DNA of 63,195 nt, filler included, from Sphacelaria rigidula (taxonomy: Eukaryota): assembly GCA_964200075.2 (NCBI GenBank). It is 10 parts of 10 records of this genome, joined end to end, with 100 filler letters (N's around TTAATTAATTAA, not from the genome) between each part and the next. Parts side by side here need not be neighbours in the genome. Positions count along the whole stretch, not along the records: positions 56,968 to 63,195 come from CAXNAA020021367.1; 9 more parts are not named here. One strand, given 5' to 3'. This document shows, one piece after another, positions 61,401 to 63,195 of this stretch (the stretch's first letter is position 1; every line of letters starts with the position of its first letter). A program made the position numbers and the translations under genes. The notes under the pieces are model-generated. The model was not told the origin of the DNA, did no database searches, and was given only the letters and a program-made list of their open reading frames with translations.

Positions 61401-63195
61401 GAGTCGGCAGTTGTCTTCTCCTGCTTGATCTTTTCCCTGTCGCTCAGTTCACTAAATGCACCCTCCGAGAATTCACCCCCGATATCGCTACGGACTATCT
61501 AAATTTTGCTTGGAGAGACCCATGCAATGTATTTTGCGAAGTATCTCTTTGCCTCATCCTTCTTACGGAGGAAATACAGCTTTGTGTACCGTGAGTGGTC
61601 ATCTCGGACTATCATCGTGTACGACTTTGCCCCGTAAGACGTGACTGGTTTCGGGCCGGAAATATCTACAAACACCCTAGACGCTGACTTAGCTGCTCTC
61701 GTGTGGGTCGATCTTGGAATCGGCGCACGCAGCCCCTTCGCCTCTGAACAGCCGCGCGGCAGGACTGCAGCTCCCCAGCCAGCTGCTTTTCCTGCTGCTT
61801 CGCCGTCTTCCGCAGTAAGTCCTCGTGGACGTGGGCGTGGGCACAGTGGAATTTATTCAGGTCAGCGATCTGGGGGCTAGGCGAAGCCCCCGGGGCGATA
61901 ACAGCATATGCCAAAGCACACTTGTCACTACCACTTTGGTCGAGGCGGCGGGCGTACATTTTCAGTTGACGTGGTTGTCCGGGTACTTTCAGTGTATTGC
62001 CTGAATTGAGATCGACCCTGAAACCCGTACGAAAACCAGTGTAAGTGTGTCCCACGTTTTGGATCCTCGTGAGTGACAAGAGGTGATGACGGACATCAGG
62101 TACATGGTCAACATCCATTAATTTGAGCATGACATCCTGTCCGTCAGATCTGAAGGCAAGAGACAAATTTCCTCTGCCTACGATCGGGTAAGTACTACCA
62201 CCCGTGCACCGTAGTACCCTACCCTTGCGCTCTCTGTACTCCGTCATCCCATGGGAATCGTGGGAGAAGTGCTGGGTAGCCCCCGTGTCAAATACCCACG
62301 GTTCGCCCTCACCCTGCTGACCATCACCCCCTGCCCAACACTCAATGCATACTCGCCTGTGTCGCCGTTGATGGTGGTGTTGAAAGAGGTGAAAGCCTCC
62401 CCGTTCGCCGCCGAACAAACGGAGGAGCTGTCGCTGTCGTCGGCCGCGCCCATTGCCATCGCCACATTTTCTTTCTTCGCTGTCGATCTCGGACAGTCCC
62501 AGAACGTGTGCCCCTGCTGACCGCACCTCACGCAGTATCTCTTGGGGCAGTTCCTGGCTCGGTGCGTCGTGTCCTCATCGCACACGTGGCAGAAGAGCAG
62601 CTTCACATTCGCCGGTTTGCCGTCCGACGATGCCGACCCAGAGCTACTTGAACTCTGGCTCCCGCCGTTTTTCTGACCAGAGCCCTGGGGTTTTTCCGGT
62701 TTTCCCTTGCGGTGTGCAGCGCTCGGTTTTCCGGTCCCACCCCTGGCAAGGAGAGCCTGGTCGCCCGGGGATGGCTTCTTTCCCCGGGCAAGTTCCTGCT
62801 TCAAAGTGGTCGATTCGAAGCGCTTTCGGACCGAAGTTAGCACAACTTACCGTGTCAGCGGCCCCTCTCGATCCTCCAGCAACTGCTTCTGAACGTGATA
62901 CTCGAAAAGCAATGTGTTGAAGTATTTCAAAAGGATGTGGTTTTCGCTTAGTGGTTGATGTTCCTCGTATGAGTTGAGGTCTCGCGCAATTTTCTCCATG
63001 TCGAGCAGCTTCCGCTCTGGATCATCACGAACACCAATCTAGACTCCATCGAATTCTTCCAACAAATCGGTTCTCGCCCCATTTGTTCTAGGGCGAAAGG
63101 TATCCTCGAGTTTTCTCCAAACCGCACCAAACAGCCGATCCTAATTTTTGGGGTTGAACCATAAAATGAGGTTCAACCCGCAAATCGCTTCCGTT
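58119..63195 (-). mobile_element. Decayed Ty1/copia LTR retrotransposon
   Basis: gag zinc knuckles (CHVC..H...C, CVRCGQQGHTFWDC), protease WVFDTGATQH, integrase, RT (KWVYTWK, KSIYGIKQA, HLDDIL), RNase H (YCDADYA, TEAEY, HADILTK) in copia order; stops and frameshifts. Confidence 0.96.

Overview
Eukaryotic, intron-rich, repeat-dense DNA that most resembles a brown alga (Phaeophyceae, stramenopile); this is inferred from the gene types, the bipartite plastid-targeting signature and the 42-aa TPR exons. The window is not one locus. Nine 100-bp linkers (N-run, TTAATTAATTAA, N-run) recur every 6329-6330 bp and join ten segments of steadily falling length (6231 to 6228 bp), which indicates size-sorted unplaced contigs, so adjacency across linkers means nothing. 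Host genes are seen only as pieces: a plastid-targeted membrane protein head-to-head with a DNA primase large subunit-like first exon, one gamma-tocopherol methyltransferase-like exon, an FGGY kinase first exon head-to-head with a long unknown exon, and four exons of a 42-aa TPR protein. Most of the rest is mobile DNA: a decayed Ty1/copia element with its 3' LTR, four LINE fragments, tRNA-headed SINEs, LINE 3' tails associated with poly(C), Mutator-like transposase remnants, and non-autonomous DNA elements with readable TIRs and TSDs (9-bp Mutator, 8-bp hAT, TTAA piggyBac, TTA Harbinger), several being long foldback palindromes or carrying internal tandem arrays. No CRISPR array, rRNA, true tRNA or intact novel multi-gene system could be supported. 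Family assignments come from motif recognition, not database searches, and TE boundaries without TSDs are approximate.
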